Source: Octopus sinensis
Lineage: Eukaryota
Reading direction: 5' to 3'
DNA length: 64,000 nt
Assembly: GCF_006345805.1 (NCBI RefSeq)
Contig: NC_042999.1
Coordinates: 116,002,001-116,066,000 of the forward strand
The position numbers and the translations under genes are program-made. Under the pieces are notes generated by a model. That model saw nothing but the letters and a program-made list of their open reading frames with translations. It was not told the origin of the DNA and did not search any database. Below, one piece after another: positions 48,397 to 62,184 of this stretch. Numbering within the stretch: the first letter of the stretch is position 1; each line of letters opens with the position of its first letter.

Positions 48397-48615
48397 GGCG
48401 GTGCCTGGCTTAGTGGTTAGGGTGTTGGACTCATGATCATAAGATTGTGGTTTCGATTCCTGGACCAAGCAACACGTTGTGTTCTTCAGCGAAACATTTC
48501 ATTTCACATTTCTGCAGTCCACCCAGCTGGCAAAAGTTAGTAATCTTGTGATGGACCAGTGTCCTGTCCCGGTGGGGAATATCTATGCCATGAAACTGGG
48601 AAAGCGGCCCTTAAG
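48397..48615 (+). mobile_element. tRNA-derived SINE (family-A-related head)
   Basis: tggcttagtggttag A-box and gtttcgattcc B-box. Confidence 0.75.
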
Positions 48616-48797
48616 AACTTACCAAATCTACTGAGATGTCTAAGTCAACTTTCAGCAAGCAGACCTGTAACCACAGACATTCTGTGATTCTTTTTTTTTA
48701 TTATTTTATAAAGTAACATATCCCAGAATGCACTCCTGAATGAGCTCTTCCTTTTTTAACTCTGTCACACTGTATTCCCACTATAGTGGGCATAGAG

Positions 48798-48965
48798 TAC
48801 TGTATTTCAATGTGCATAAGGAACCATTTATTTGTCAAAAATTAGGTTAAAAAAATATGGGAGTTTCTTATACATGGATAGTATTATAATCTCTTACAAA
48901 ACCTTTTTTTCCAAATTTTAAGCCCCAAAAATTAGGGGGTTCCTTATACTCATTAAAATACGGTA
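48798..48965. mobile_element. pogo/Tigger-like MITE
   Basis: TA-ctgtatttc...aaaatacgg-TA termini. Confidence 0.55.
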
Positions 48966-49084
48966 ACTGTCATCTCTGCTGGATTCCCAGTAAAGCCGTA
49001 ATGAACAACATAGAAAAAGAAGATGCAGCTGATTCTGTCCATTACTTTGCCTGCAATCGTTACTCTTGAGCTGTATATGCAACT

Positions 49085-49610
49085 CATCATCATCATCATC
49101 ATTTAGTGTCTGTTTTACATGCTAGCATGAGTTAGATGGATTTACTGGAACTGGTAAGCTGAAGTACTGCACCAGGTTCCAGTCTGTTTTGGCTTGATTT
49201 CTACAGCTGGATGCTCTTCCTAATGCACCACTCCACTGAGTGTACCAGGTGCTTTTTATATGTCACCAGCACTGGCCGTGACTACAATTTCATTTAGCCT
49301 GATGTGTCTTATCAAGTACAGCGAGTCACCAAAAGTCTAGGATGTGAGTCTCATGGAGACTCACAACCGAAGATCATATTTGACCACCTTATCTTACATC
49401 TTCCTGGATCTACCTCTTCCATGGGTTCCTTCCACAGTTAGAGATCAACACTTCTTTATGCAGCTGTCCTTGTCCATGCACATCACATGGCCATATCAGC
49501 ACAGTCTTCTCTCTTGCACACCACATCTAATACCTCTTATACTCAATTTTTCTCTTAAGATGCTTACATTCTGTTGTACATGCACACTGATATTGCACAT
49601 CCAGCAGAGT
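49085..49610 (-). mobile_element. RTE LINE 3' part
   Basis: WMCNISVHVQQNVSILREKLSIRGIRCGVQERRLC plus the tail. Confidence 0.82.
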
Positions 49611-52600
49611 GTTTGCTCCAGAATCCAAGTGGAGAGTAAAGTTAGACACAGAGGCCCAGGTCTGCGAGGGTTAAGATGATAGATGTGAATTCTACTTACT
49701 CTCTTAGTCACATTGACCCAGAGATGTGAGAGTAGTGAGGCCTCTTATGTTTTGAGGTAGCAAAGCAATCTCACTAGTGTCTTAGAAAAGGGGTTAGCTT
49801 TATGATATACATCCAATACTCACTGTAAACTGGCTGGTGAATGCGTGGATAACAATTTAGGGTTGTGAGAAAATTTTAGTTTTGTCTTATTGAAGATATG
49901 ATAACCTGCCTTAATAAGTGGTACAATGATATATTCATACAACGCACTATAAAATGGTTGGTACTAGGAAGGACACCCAACCAAAGAAACCATGCCAAAA
50001 ATGGTATGTATAAGTGAGACATGGTCCGTTAACCTCTCTTGCAGTTTACTCTAAAGGAAAACTGACTTTGACTGTCATGACTTGTCCAACTCTGCCAGCA
50101 TGGAAAGCAGGTGTAGAACAATGGTAATGATGATTGTATATACACATGACCAGAAATTTGGAGAGAACAATGGAAATCAAAAAAGAATCAAAGGTCCTTC
50201 CTAAGCCATAAACTCATAAAGCTATTGTATAGTGTGTGTATTAGCCTGCTTCCTGGAAAAATGCTGGTCTGTCACAGGATTGTTATCCTTTTTGCCACCT
50301 GAATGGACTGAAGCAGTGTGAAATAAAGTGTCTTGCTGAAGAACACAATGCATCATCCAGTCTAGGAAGTGAAACAACAATGTTATGTTCATAGTGCTAT
50401 ACCCTAACCACTAAGCCCTTTGCCTCCACAATAATGAAAATAGACACCACTATTTATCAGTTAAACTCTCTTCCTCAAACAAAAATGACCTTGTGCCTTA
50501 CAGAACAATATTTTATTTTTAATATTCCACAACTTATGTGAAGTTAAGTAAGCACACACACTCATTTGGCATGTTCACAATCTCCCACTATACTGACCCT
50601 TGAGTAAAATAAGTTGACTTTATCAAGTTTTGAACTTTGAACTTATTGTTATTAAACAGCTGTGTCTATAATACTAAACTCCCTATTAACGAAATCCATT
50701 GAATTTTATTTTTTGCTGCGTTGTTTTCATTTCACTTATGGTTTCATTATACACTTGAGATAGCCATGAATTATAATTGAACCCATACACTCTTCGCACA
50801 TTTGATAGCATATACCCTAAGAAGAAGGAAAAAGAAATTACACAATTGAGTCTAATATTTAATTCCTGGTCATTGCCCTATCTTCAGATCTGGTGAATTT
50901 AGTTTGGTTGAATTATGTTTAGGTAGTATAATAACTTTGGCCTGTCTTGCCATTTCATAACCATTTCCCCTCTCCACAAAAGATTACAACTTGGAACATT
51001 TAGAATACTTGAACAAAAGATTGTGGAAATATTTCACTGGTATATCAGCAGCTAAAATTAGCTGTCCTTTCTTGATTCCTGTGAACTGGCAAATTATTAC
51101 AGATATTCCAGTTGAATTCAGTGCAATTCAAATGTGGTTGTGCACAAATCCACATGAAAAATGGATAAACATTAATTAACAAGACTGGTTAATTAGTAGT
51201 CATATTGATTTACAATCCCATTGCATGTAACTGAATTAAATTCTAGTTAACAACACTAACCTCTTATATCAATGAGTTTTTTGATGGATATTCAACCTGC
51301 TGGCCTCTACCTATCTTTGGTATATGCATAAAATTTTAGGCAAACTAGCTACTGATTATATAAGTATTACCATTTTTGTATTGTTATTACTTCTACAGTC
51401 TGACTTAAAGAATATTGTTGCTGTTGAAATAAACAACTTAGCTATTTGGGGCTCATCTAATATTATGTTGTTTTCTCCCTTTTCTTTCCTGTTCAGTTGA
51501 TGTATAATTGGGAATACTTCAATAACATGATGTCTTCTTCAAACTTCAGTACACCACCACTGTTATGATAACCAAGAATATTTTACATTAGCAGAAAGCC
51601 ACAAATTCATATAGGAAAAATGCATTGTTAATTGAATTGACTTTCACTATATTTTTTTATCCTTTCAGCTTTGAAAGGATAAAAAGTAAATTTAAATATG
51701 GCAGGATTTGAACTATGCAGAAGAATGAAGCTAAGCTACATCAAGGCTATTTAATCAATTTAATCTGCTGCATTACCATTTCTGTTAATTCATCTACTCA
51801 AAGAGAAACTTTAAAAGTCTGCAAAATGGATAGATAAGTGTTGGTGCTGTTCTGTTACTGTCAAAGGGATCTTGACCATCTGGCCTGAGTGACACCTTGA
51901 TCCATAAATTGAATTTGTTGACCTATGTATCATATTATGCATTATTGTGAGTGGAAACTAGTTGAGGCATACAAATCCAGTGCCAAGCGGAATTTAATGC
52001 AACCGCTTGGCTATTTATAATCTAAGACAACCCTCTAAATCTCACTCTGAAGTTGACTTATTACATCACTTAGCTTGTCTTATGATAGTCTTTCCATCTG
52101 TACTGCTGTTACCTTGACCTACACTAGTTGTGTTGATTTGGTATGAAGCATTTTTACTGAGATAATTAGCCTTATATACCATAAATCTCATGGATTTATA
52201 TTAATTTGTTTTAATATTTGAAGTTGCTCAAGTAAAATATTGCTGTTTTGTTTTACTGCTGTAATTTTCTTTGAGCATTGTAACCCTCATAAATAAATGC
52301 TACCATGAAGTTGAAGATGTTGTACTTAAGATAAAGGAGCCCAACAAAAACCTGGGATAAGTAGTTGGACTGAGTGACTTTGCTATAAAGATGTTTTTAA
52401 TAGGATTTTCTCGACATAATGTCATTGGGCGACATCCACAAACTAGATCTGTGGATGTCGACTTCCATCTGGCTGGAGTTAGACATAAGATGATATGATG
52501 GTGGAGTGGTTCCAATGTTAAGGTTGTTTGTGATGCTCAAACTTGATTCATAATGTTGAAAGATTTGATTATGCCTTTGATTTCATTCCATAATTATCGT

Positions 52601-53439
52601 TGTTTAAAGTGTAACACTTGAATATGATTTATGACAAACAAAATAATAATATAGTTGATTAGTAAATGTAAGAATACAATTTTCTCTTTTCCTTATCTTT
52701 TTGCATGTATAATTTCTGTTTTTGCTCCTAATCATCTAGTATCTTTTGTGGTGGAAACCATTGATAACTATAGTTAACATTTCTGGTAATATCTTTGCTA
52801 TAATTGATTAGGTGTGTTGTTTTTCTCTAATTCATTTTCAATTTTTCCCTTGCATCAAATTATTCTCTATTTAGTATATGTATATACATTTATATAGTAT
52901 TGGATCTCATGGAGTTTGTGCATCACTGAGAGTCCATCCTTGTTGTTTAGCCACTAGTCAACCTTGTTCATTTGCATACAGTCTGCCACAAAAATATGTC
53001 TAGACTTCTTGTGCAATCTTTGTAAACAAAAGGCTCATCCAACTAGTATCTTTCATATCCAGCTCCTTTTGTAACCATATCTGATCTGTTTGTTGTTCAA
53101 TTGACTAAGAGACTGGAAATGGGTAAGAGTTGGCTTCAGGAAGGATAGCTGCCCATTGAAAACTCTGCCCCACTAACTTCCTCTTGTCTGACCCACGAAA
53201 GCATAGAAAAGTAAGTAGATGTTAAAATGATGAGATTAATAATGACAAATACCCTTATCTTAAATCTGATCATGTTATAGCTGTTGTAAATCCTTTGTGT
53301 TAGATTTACTCCAATCCCTACTCTACAGCGTAGCTTTACTGGAACTTTGTCAAGTTCAATGTTTTGCCTAGAAAGACTGCAGCACACCTGAAGCAGGTTT
53401 GAACTCATCAGAGAAAACAAAAATGTCACTTTTCATTTT

Positions 53440-53902
53440 TGACTTGCGTGCCAGTGGCACATAAAAGGCACCATTCAAGTGTGATCGTTACCTGTGTCGC
53501 CTTACTGGCACTCAAGCCCCATGCTAGTAGGGTGTTAAGAGCGCCACCCGAGCGTGATCGTTGCCAGAGCAGCTATCTGGCCTCTGTGCCAGTGGCATGT
53601 AAAAGGCACCATTCGAGAGTGATCGTTACCAGCATTGCCTTACTGGCACCTGTGCCAGTGGTATGTGTAAAAGATTCGAGCAAGGTTGTTGCCAGTACCA
53701 CCTGACTGGCTCTGTGCCGGTAGCACGTAAAAGCACCCACTACACTCTCGGAGTGGTTGGCGTTAGGAAGGGCATCCAGCTGTAGAAACTCTGCCAGATC
53801 AAGATTGAAGCCTGGTGCAACCATCTGGTTCGCCAGCCCTCAGTCAAATCGTCCAACCCATGCTAGCATGGAAAGCAGACGTTAAACGATGATGATGATG
53901 AT
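53440..53902 (+). mobile_element. RTE 3' UTR fragment with ~60-bp repeats and a (GAT)n tail
   Basis: Shares cccactacactctcggagtggttggcgttaggaagggcatccagctgtagaaac with 33070-33125. Confidence 0.8.
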
Positions 53903-54179
53903 TATAGACTTAAGGCATCTTAGTTCTGTTTTAATTATTCAATTTTTGCTTATCTCCTTCACATGGTTTCAGTTTTGATATATTGCAGACTTGATCCACT
54001 ATAGCTAGTAGTCCCACGGACAATATCCAGAAGTTAAATTAGCTAGAGGTTAAAGAAAAACAACCAAAACTAATCCACATATTTATTTATATTTCCACCA
54101 CTTTCCAGTCTGCCATTATTACTATCAACCACCATCACAACTTGGTAGGGTTACATGAAAGGTAGACAGTAAACTATTG

Positions 54180-54279
54180 NNNNNNNNNNNNNNNNNNNNN
54201 NNNNNNNNNNNNNNNNNNNNNNNNNNNNNNNNNNNNNNNNNNNNNNNNNNNNNNNNNNNNNNNNNNNNNNNNNNNNNNN
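54180..54279. other. Assembly gap (100 N)
   Basis: Run of n. Confidence 1.
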
Positions 54280-54299
54280 CACCTTAATAATAATCCTTG

Positions 54300-54800
54300 C
54301 TACTATAGGCATAAGGCCTGAAATTTTAAGGTGAGGTAGAGTCTGGTCAATTACATTGACTGCAGTACTCAACGCAGTACTTATTTCCTGGATCCCCAAA
54401 CAGACGGAAAGTAAAGCTGGCCTTGGTGGTATGTGAACTCAGAATGAAAAGCTAGAATAAAGGCTACTAGTCATTTTGTCAGGCATGCTAACTGAGTACT
54501 GGGGGTGATGTAATTGAGCGGTCCCCACTCATTTAAAATTTCTGGCCTTGTGCTCATTGTGGAAAGAATCATTATTGTTGTTGTTATTAAGGTGGCAAGT
54601 TGGCAGAATTGTTAGCATACTGGGTGAAATGCTCAGTGTCATTTTGTCCATTTTCTTGTTCTGAGTTCAAATTCTGCTGAGGTTGTCTTTGCTACTAACC
54701 TTTCAAGGTTGATAAAATAAGTACCAGTTGAGTACTGGAATCGATGTAATCAACTTACCTCCTCCCCCAAAATTGCTGGCCTTGTACCAAAATTTGAAAT
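54300..54800. mobile_element. Cluster of SINE C copies in both orientations
   Basis: Minus copy at ~54300-54495; plus pieces at ~54495-54565 and 54588-54800. Confidence 0.75.
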
Positions 54801-55441
54801 CATCATCATTATTATTATTATTATTATTAACATTGCCTGTGTGCCATTCAATTTGAACATTTAGTCTGGATGTAATTGCCCTCCCCCACCTAACTAAATA
54901 TACTTGTCCTCATTCTGCTTGCTCCATTTGATTGGTAGTAGTACTTTTTTCTAACCACCAATCCCCTTCTGTCAGGTGTGTGTGTGTGTTGGGGGGTGGG
55001 GTGAGACAATGATGATAATGATGATGATGGTGTTGGTGTTGCTGTCCTTTTACCAAAGATCTTCCTGACAAAAGCTGTTGGCATTTTGATATATCATATC
55101 AGTATCAAATCATTTTGCTTCCTTCAGTTCACAAATGTCTCCTTTTCCTCATGTGTGTGTGTGTGTGTATGTATGTGTAGTAAATACCAAATTTAGAAGG
55201 CCCAAATTGATGGGTCAGCATCCAAGGTGTCCTTTCTCCTCTTCCTGTTTACTGAACCAACTCCCAACTCTCTTTCTTTCTCTCAGTCCTTCTATCCCCC
55301 CTCTCTTTTCGTCCCCCCCTCTCTCTCTCTTTCATTTCATTCAGAAAGGTTGCTTGGACTGAATACTTTACTAGTAAGTTTATTATATCCAAATGCTAAT
55401 TAATTAGACTCTTATAGTAATTCATGAAATACAATTATTTC

Positions 55442-55476
<35 letters not shown>

Positions 55477-57004
55477 TTAATGAATGTGACCATGTAATCA
55501 TACATACATAAAAACACACACGTGCACACACACACACACACACACACACAAACAAACACGGTCTTTCAGGACAAACAATTAATACCTTTATATACACATA
55601 GATGGGGTGTACAGTTGTGCATATACATAATTGTTGTTGCAATGTTATACACATATGTACACACGTTCGTATCTACACATGCATTCTTACTGTCCCAAAT
55701 GGTTGTTCACATTTATGCATACATGCACACATACACTCACTCTTGTGATCTCCTGTCTTCACACATGCTCTCACATACACTCACAAGTTCATTTACTTTT
55801 AAGCTCGCCCACTCAAACATTCGCATGTGCTCACCCCCATTCTGGTCATTTCCTCATGTTAAACCATTAATCCCTTCACATTTTGTTTCTCTCCCTGTTT
55901 TTCATTCTCTCTCCATTTTTGTCCCTCTTTATCCCTTTCTATTGAAGAGCTTAGGCTCAGAATACATAATCGTGATGGTTACTTGCAGGAGTTATTTTTG
56001 CTTAATTCTTTCAATTTTTTGTTAGAGCATTACCAGTTTTCATGTATTACTAGCAACCCTCTCTGTTTATTACTTGTAAGAATAGGTTAAGACAGGTATA
56101 TATTATCCTGGTGTTGACCAATTGAAAAGTAATGTTATTGATCATGTTTGAAATTTCCATCAAATTTAAATTTAAATACAAACATTTAAACTCATTTGAT
56201 AGTAACATGCCTGGGACTGTCTCTGGTTCTACAATACAAATTTCCTGTTTTAAAGTGAACTAAATTAAAACCTTCCATCAAAATTTCATGTTAATTTATA
56301 TTCTAAACACCAGTTTAAGAATGACAAATTACTTTGATAAATTCTTCATTATTTCCATAATTAATTAAAATTAAGGCAGTGCATTTCCACACAATATGAT
56401 AATAAAAGATATAAATGGTGGTCTGGGGGTGGGGGGCAAGTTGCTACTAAAAGAGTAAATGTAGAATTTTTAGAATATTTTCTGCCTTAAATTAGTAATA
56501 TTGATTTCTGTTAACTGAACAAAGCAAATATTTGAGCAGAGTTGTATAATAGATTAAATAAGCTTTTGATGGTGCATCTTGTGTTGGTAGTTCATGCTGG
56601 GCATTTCATTTATTTAATCAATAGAACCACCTATTGTTTTTCCTTTTTTCTAATTTTATTTTGTATTGAAATTTGTGGAGACTAGCATTGATTTACAGAT
56701 TTCCAACAGGCCAGCCCCATTGGTTCATTTTTTTTTTTTTTTTTTGGTAAAACTGGCAAAGATGTGTCATTGGATTTTCAGTTTCTCATTAATGTCTATA
56801 CTTTCCATTCATATTTACTTTGGTGAAAGAGAGGGAGGGACACACAAACACACACAGTTTGCTTTCCAACCACATGGTTTCAGGTTCAGTCTCATTGCAT
56901 GATACCTAGGACAAATGTTCTACTATAATCCCTGGCCTTGTAAATAGATTTGGTGGACAGAAACTGAAAGAAAACCATTGTATATATATATATATATATA
57001 ATCG

Positions 57005-57611
57005 GTACATTGAACCTTATAAAGGAGATGACAAAGGACTGGGATGCCTGGCTCCTTGCTGTACTCAAGAAGACCCGTCTGCCACAACAGAATTGATACT
57101 GGTGCTGGTGCCACGTAAAATGCACTCAGTACACCCTGTGGAGTGGTTGGCATTAAGAAGAGCATCTGGCTATAGGAACCAAGCCAGACAATGGATCCTG
57201 GTGTGGCCCCTGGCCTTACTGGCTCTGGTCACCCCATCCAACCCATGCCAGCATGGAAAACAGACATTAAATGATGATGATGATGATGATGACCATGTAT
57301 ATGTAATGTGCATGTGTGCCTCTAATTATATTTGTACCCTCGTGACCGTTGCCAGCGCCGCCCCGACTGGCCTCGTGCCGGTGGCATGTAAAAAGCACCA
57401 TCTGTTCATGTCCGTTTGCCAGCTCTTTCTGGCACGTAAAAAGCACCCACTACACTCACGGAGTGGTTGGCTTTAGGAAGGGCATCCAGCCGTAGAAACA
57501 CTGCCAGATCTGACTAGGCCTGATGAAGCCTTCTGGCTTCACAGACCCCAGTTGAACCGTCCAACCCATGCTAGCATGGAAAACAGACGCTAAACGATGA
57601 TGATGATGATG
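57005..57611 (+). mobile_element. Two tandem RTE 3' ends
   Basis: Shared UTR and (GAT)n tails ending ~57291 and ~57611. Confidence 0.78.
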
Positions 57612-57656
57612 TTCTTTGATGGTATTCATTGCTCTCTCATGCAATAATAATAATAA

Positions 57657-58012
57657 TGTTTCCCTTATTAACCACTAAGGGTTCAGAAAAACTTTGATGA
57701 TGGTACAGAACAATACAATGTGGGGTTATATAATAGGTGTATAAAAAAGTAAAAAGTTACAAAAATATAAATTTTAACAAATTCACCAAAGGGCTACTTG
57801 TGGCATCTTCACAAAACCAAAGAGGCCCTGACCAGTAGGGCAGGTACCCTCACCAAATCATCTACAGGCACATGTTTAAAGCAGGCATGTTCACTCATAC
57901 TATTCACTCACCTTTCAGTAGAGTTGCTGGTGGGGTAGCACTTCTCTCTCTACCTTCACTTTCCATTTTGAGTGAAACTTGAAAAAGTTGATGAGAGCTT
58001 GGTCAAAGAAGA
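57657..58012 (-). mobile_element. Tx1 3' fragment
   Basis: 57960-58010 resembles 4790-4840 (ttcc.tttt.agtgaaacttgaa.aagt..a.gagagct). Confidence 0.6.
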
Positions 58013-58019
58013 AAATATA

Positions 58020-58050
<31 letters not shown>

Positions 58051-58051
58051 T

Positions 58052-58390
58052 CCCAGTGTTTCACTGGTACTTAATTAATTGACCCTGAAAGGATAAAAGG
58101 CAAAGAATTTGAACCCAGAATGTAAAGATGGACGAAATGCTGCTAAGCATTTTGCCCAGAATGCTAACGATTCTGCCAGTTTGCCAATAATAATGGTTTC
58201 AAGGCCAGCTATTGTAATGGAGGTGGATAAGTTGATTACATTGACTCCTGTATTTGATTGGTATCTATTTTATCAACACCATAAGGCAAAGTCAACCTCA
58301 GTGGTATTTGAACTCAGAACATAAAAGATGGACGAAATACCACTTAGCAATTTGCCTGGTATGCTTACAATTCTGCCAGATCATCACTTT
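58052..58390 (-). mobile_element. Two SINE C copies
   Basis: Reverse complements of family C. Confidence 0.72.
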
Positions 58391-58682
58391 TTAATAATAA
58401 TAATGATAATAATAATAATAATAAAAATAATAATAATAATATATTGTTGTTGTTGTTGGGTGGAGCATGTACATAGCCCCATAGTTCAGCTGTTTTAAAG
58501 CCTGATTATTATTAAAATCTAATCAAAAATGCAAGAAAAAAATATATATTCAGGAATATTGAAAAATTCCCTTAGCTGTCTTCCACTTAAATTTTTTTAA
58601 AAGTAATTTTCTCCTTCCCTACTCTTTCAGTTAGATTTTTCCATTTGTTCCCTCAAATTTCTCTCCTACTCATTTTTATTAC

Positions 58683-58719
<37 letters not shown>

Positions 58720-59725
58720 AATGCTTTTTAAAAATCTGCATTATGAAACCTAAGCAATTTCTGAAGATTATGCTTTTTCTTTTTTTTTTTCTTTTTTAGT
58801 TTTAATCTTGTGGTATGCTTTGAGTTTATCCTTTCTATATTGTTGTTGTTGTTGTCTTAAATTGCTTATCATTTTGCTAAAGGACATGTTCATAACAGAG
58901 TAAACCCTTTGGGAAAGATATATATATATTAGCTTGCATGTGTAGAGGGGAAAGAAGGGATCATTTCAGCTTTGTACGCTGCAGCCTATTTTATTATAAT
59001 TACCTTATAGCTTTTGAAATCTTATTTAGGCTTGCATAATCCTTGAGTTATATCAAGAGCATTAGCTTATCAAGAGACTTCTCCATTTTGACGTCAGCAT
59101 TCTTAACAGGAACACATTTTCACATTACAGCAATTAAGAAGCTGGAGTATAAATACATTAATTAATACACAAGATTTTGGCTGGCATAAGATAAGGAATA
59201 CATTTTAAAGGAGCAATCCATTTTCTAGCGGGTGTCAACAACTGTTAATAAATAAATATTTTGATTTAGGCATTTTTTTTTCTTTGTTTTTGCTGGCCTT
59301 GGTGTTTGAATTTTTTTCATTTTTCTTAATAAATTGCTTTGTGTAACTCTCGTGTGGATTCTGCTTTCATAAATGTTAACTGATAAGCACCCTACATCAA
59401 CATCAACTGGATATGTTATAATTCAGTCTGATTCATACCTATAATGCTGAATACATTAAGATTTTTAGTTGTTGTTGATGTCATTGTTGGTGTTAGTCTT
59501 GTTTCAGTTCTATATGAGCTGATCTATGGTGTGGTGCTATCTGATCAAACAAATCACTATAGTTCAATGACAATATAACATTTAATTACCTTTATTTACA
59601 GACTGAATGTATACGTAAATGTATGTGTTAGGTTATTGGGTTGTATGTATGTATTCATAATCAACATCACTTATAACTCCTATATTAAACTATACATGCA
59701 TGCATACATATATATATATATATAT

Positions 59726-59905
59726 ACAGGGTGCAATGGGAAAATTGTTGCCTTTTTATATTTTTTATTTCATGCATCTGCATTGTTTATTTTTGATTTA
59801 GTTGACTACACAGTATAGTAGAGTCAATTGGGCACTGTCTGTGAGAAAACCAGCACCATGACACAATTCACTCTGTCAGAAATTTGGAAAGATATATTGT
59901 ATGCC
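59726..59905 (+). mobile_element. Tc1/mariner 5' fragment
   Basis: TA-cagggtg terminus after (TA)n, followed by a short ATG-initiated remnant (MTQFTLSEIWK). Confidence 0.5.
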
Positions 59906-60264
59906 ACTTTCCCTTTTTGAAGGGAAAGTGGTTTGAGCTAGATTTCTGTATTTCTTACAGGTTAAGTAACCATATAAAGGCTTCCTTGTTGGCTTGGCTA
60001 CTTCACTGTTTGGTCAAACAGTGGAATGTATTTTATGGTATGGAGAAGAAGATAGCTCTAACCTTTCGGATAGTTGCCCTTCTTCAAGGAGAAATGATAA
60101 AATAACGGTCTTTTCATTAAACCAGCAAACTGTTAAGTGATTGGCAGCAGAACAGCAAGAAGAGTTTTTGGCTGCAAGGAAAGCATAGCTTCTGAAAATA
60201 TGGAGACCCCAAATTTCTTTCACTGGAAAACAATACTATTGTATTGTTATAATATTCATAATTT

Positions 60265-60625
60265 GTATTCTTTTATTCTTTTACTTGTTTCAGTCATTTG
60301 ACTGTGGTCATGCTGGAACACCGCTTTTAGTTGAGCAAGGACTTATGCTTTGTAAGCCTGGTACTTATTCTATTGGTCTCTTTTGCCAAACTGCTAAGTT
60401 ACGAGGGACGTAAACACACCAGGGGGTACAAACACACACACACATATATATACATATATACAACGGGCTTTTTTCAGTTTCCGTCTACCAAATCCACTCA
60501 CAAGGCTTTGGTCAGCCCGAGGCTATAGTAGAAGACACTTGCCCTAGGGAACACGCAATGGGACTGAACCCGGAACCATGTGGTTGGTAAGCAAACTACT
60601 TACCACACAGCCACTCCTGCGCCTA
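60265..60625 (-). mobile_element. SINE family B
   Basis: Reverse complement of family B. Confidence 0.85.
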
Positions 60626-61201
60626 TATATATATCACCGTGATCACCGTGACCGACCAGGTTATCAGATGTTGCTACACATCACTGGTCACAATGCGCTT
60701 CGCATTGTTTTAGCCTTCAAATGACGCCACCCCGCTATATATACTATATCATTGGCATAATGACACATCTAGTACTCATCAATATGTGTGTGTGTGTATG
60801 TGCTGTAGTAGTAGTAGTATATTCCATCACTAGCTATCTCATCATCGGCCCTTTGTTATTCAACCGTTTTGTTTGTTATGAGCATCATCATCATAGTCAT
60901 AGTTGGTGTTTACAGATGAATGGATGTCAGGAGTTTTACATCTATTTTTTGCGTATTAATATGGGAAAGATATTTTTGGAAAAAAAAGAAAGAAAATGTT
61001 CAAAACAAATTTGACCCAGAGTTCACAATGTCCATCAGAAGTAGAAGATGATAGTTGTGCTGGAAGATTTTTCTTTGTCCAGATGGCATAAAAGTTAGTG
61101 GTAATCAAATCTTTTAATAGCTTATATTCAGTGATGATGCTTCTGTAACTTAATATTCCATTGATGAGTGTGTTTCTACAAAACATGTGGAAGTTGGGGA
61201 A

Positions 61202-61240
<39 letters not shown>

Positions 61241-62184
61241 TGATTAAACCTTGGTGTGGATGACTTGAGGGTGGCTCTTTGGAAATGTAGTGAGGAGCCA
61301 AGTGAAGGTCAGAATCTATGCCAGTAGGTTACTACAGAGATGTAGGTCAGTGCTATGTGTGTTTAATCTGTCTAGGTCAAACTACTACTACTACTACTAC
61401 TACAACCACCACCACCACCACTTCTTCTTCTTCTTCTTCTTCTTCAAGGTGTTGATGGAGGTAGTGATGATGATGACAGTAATATATGGGATGAATACAG
61501 GAAGAAATGCTTCTTCATAAATGGTATCAGAGAGAGAGTTGGCGGGGATAGAATAACTGTGTTTGTGCAGATTTCCTTAATCAGGGTTCTATCTAAAATA
61601 AACACCTTGACCTATCTTAAATTTCCCTTAAAAAAGAAGTTCAGCCCTATTAGATCTTCTTTCTTTCTGGTCCCATCTCTCAGATCCTCACCTCCTGTCT
61701 CTCAGATGTTCTTTTTATTATGGATCTTATTAACTATTGGGGGATGCTGTCTTAACCATTCACTTCTGTATTTCAATACATCTATTTATTTGTTTTGTAG
61801 CCCTAAATGTCAAGATTTTTATTACTTGGGGAGAAATGAGTATTCTATATCAAAATAAGGTGGGACGGATTTATAGCTGGTTATTGATTTACTTAGTCTA
61901 TAGGGTGGGGCTGAGACAGGAAGACAAACTGTCCTCAACCAGCCATCAACTAAATAAACATAGCGGTATATGTACAATGCCACCTCAGCTGACCCCCCAC
62001 TTCCACCCTGCAGTACTTAAGTCAACTAAGGAGGGAATGTAAATCATAAGTCATTCAGACTGGTTTGAAATAGTAGCCAAATCTCCTTAGTCTCATGCTA
62101 TTAAAGACAAAATCAGATAATATGATCACATCTAGAATAGCTTTGATTTTGGCCGGAAGAGGTTGAGTCAATGACAGAGTTTCT

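Noticed and set aside
53345-53415. Minus-strand CTGATGA-gttcaa...ttgaac
   Set aside because: No GAAA or stem III after the paired segment.
57517-57545. CTGATGA-agcc/ttct/ggct hairpin
   Set aside because: No GAAA follows; it is a mutated RTE tail (ctggtgcagcc in other copies).
59600-59630. Acceptor tttatttacag as HDHD1 exon 2
   Set aside because: A phase-1 join gives GAC TGA, an immediate stop.
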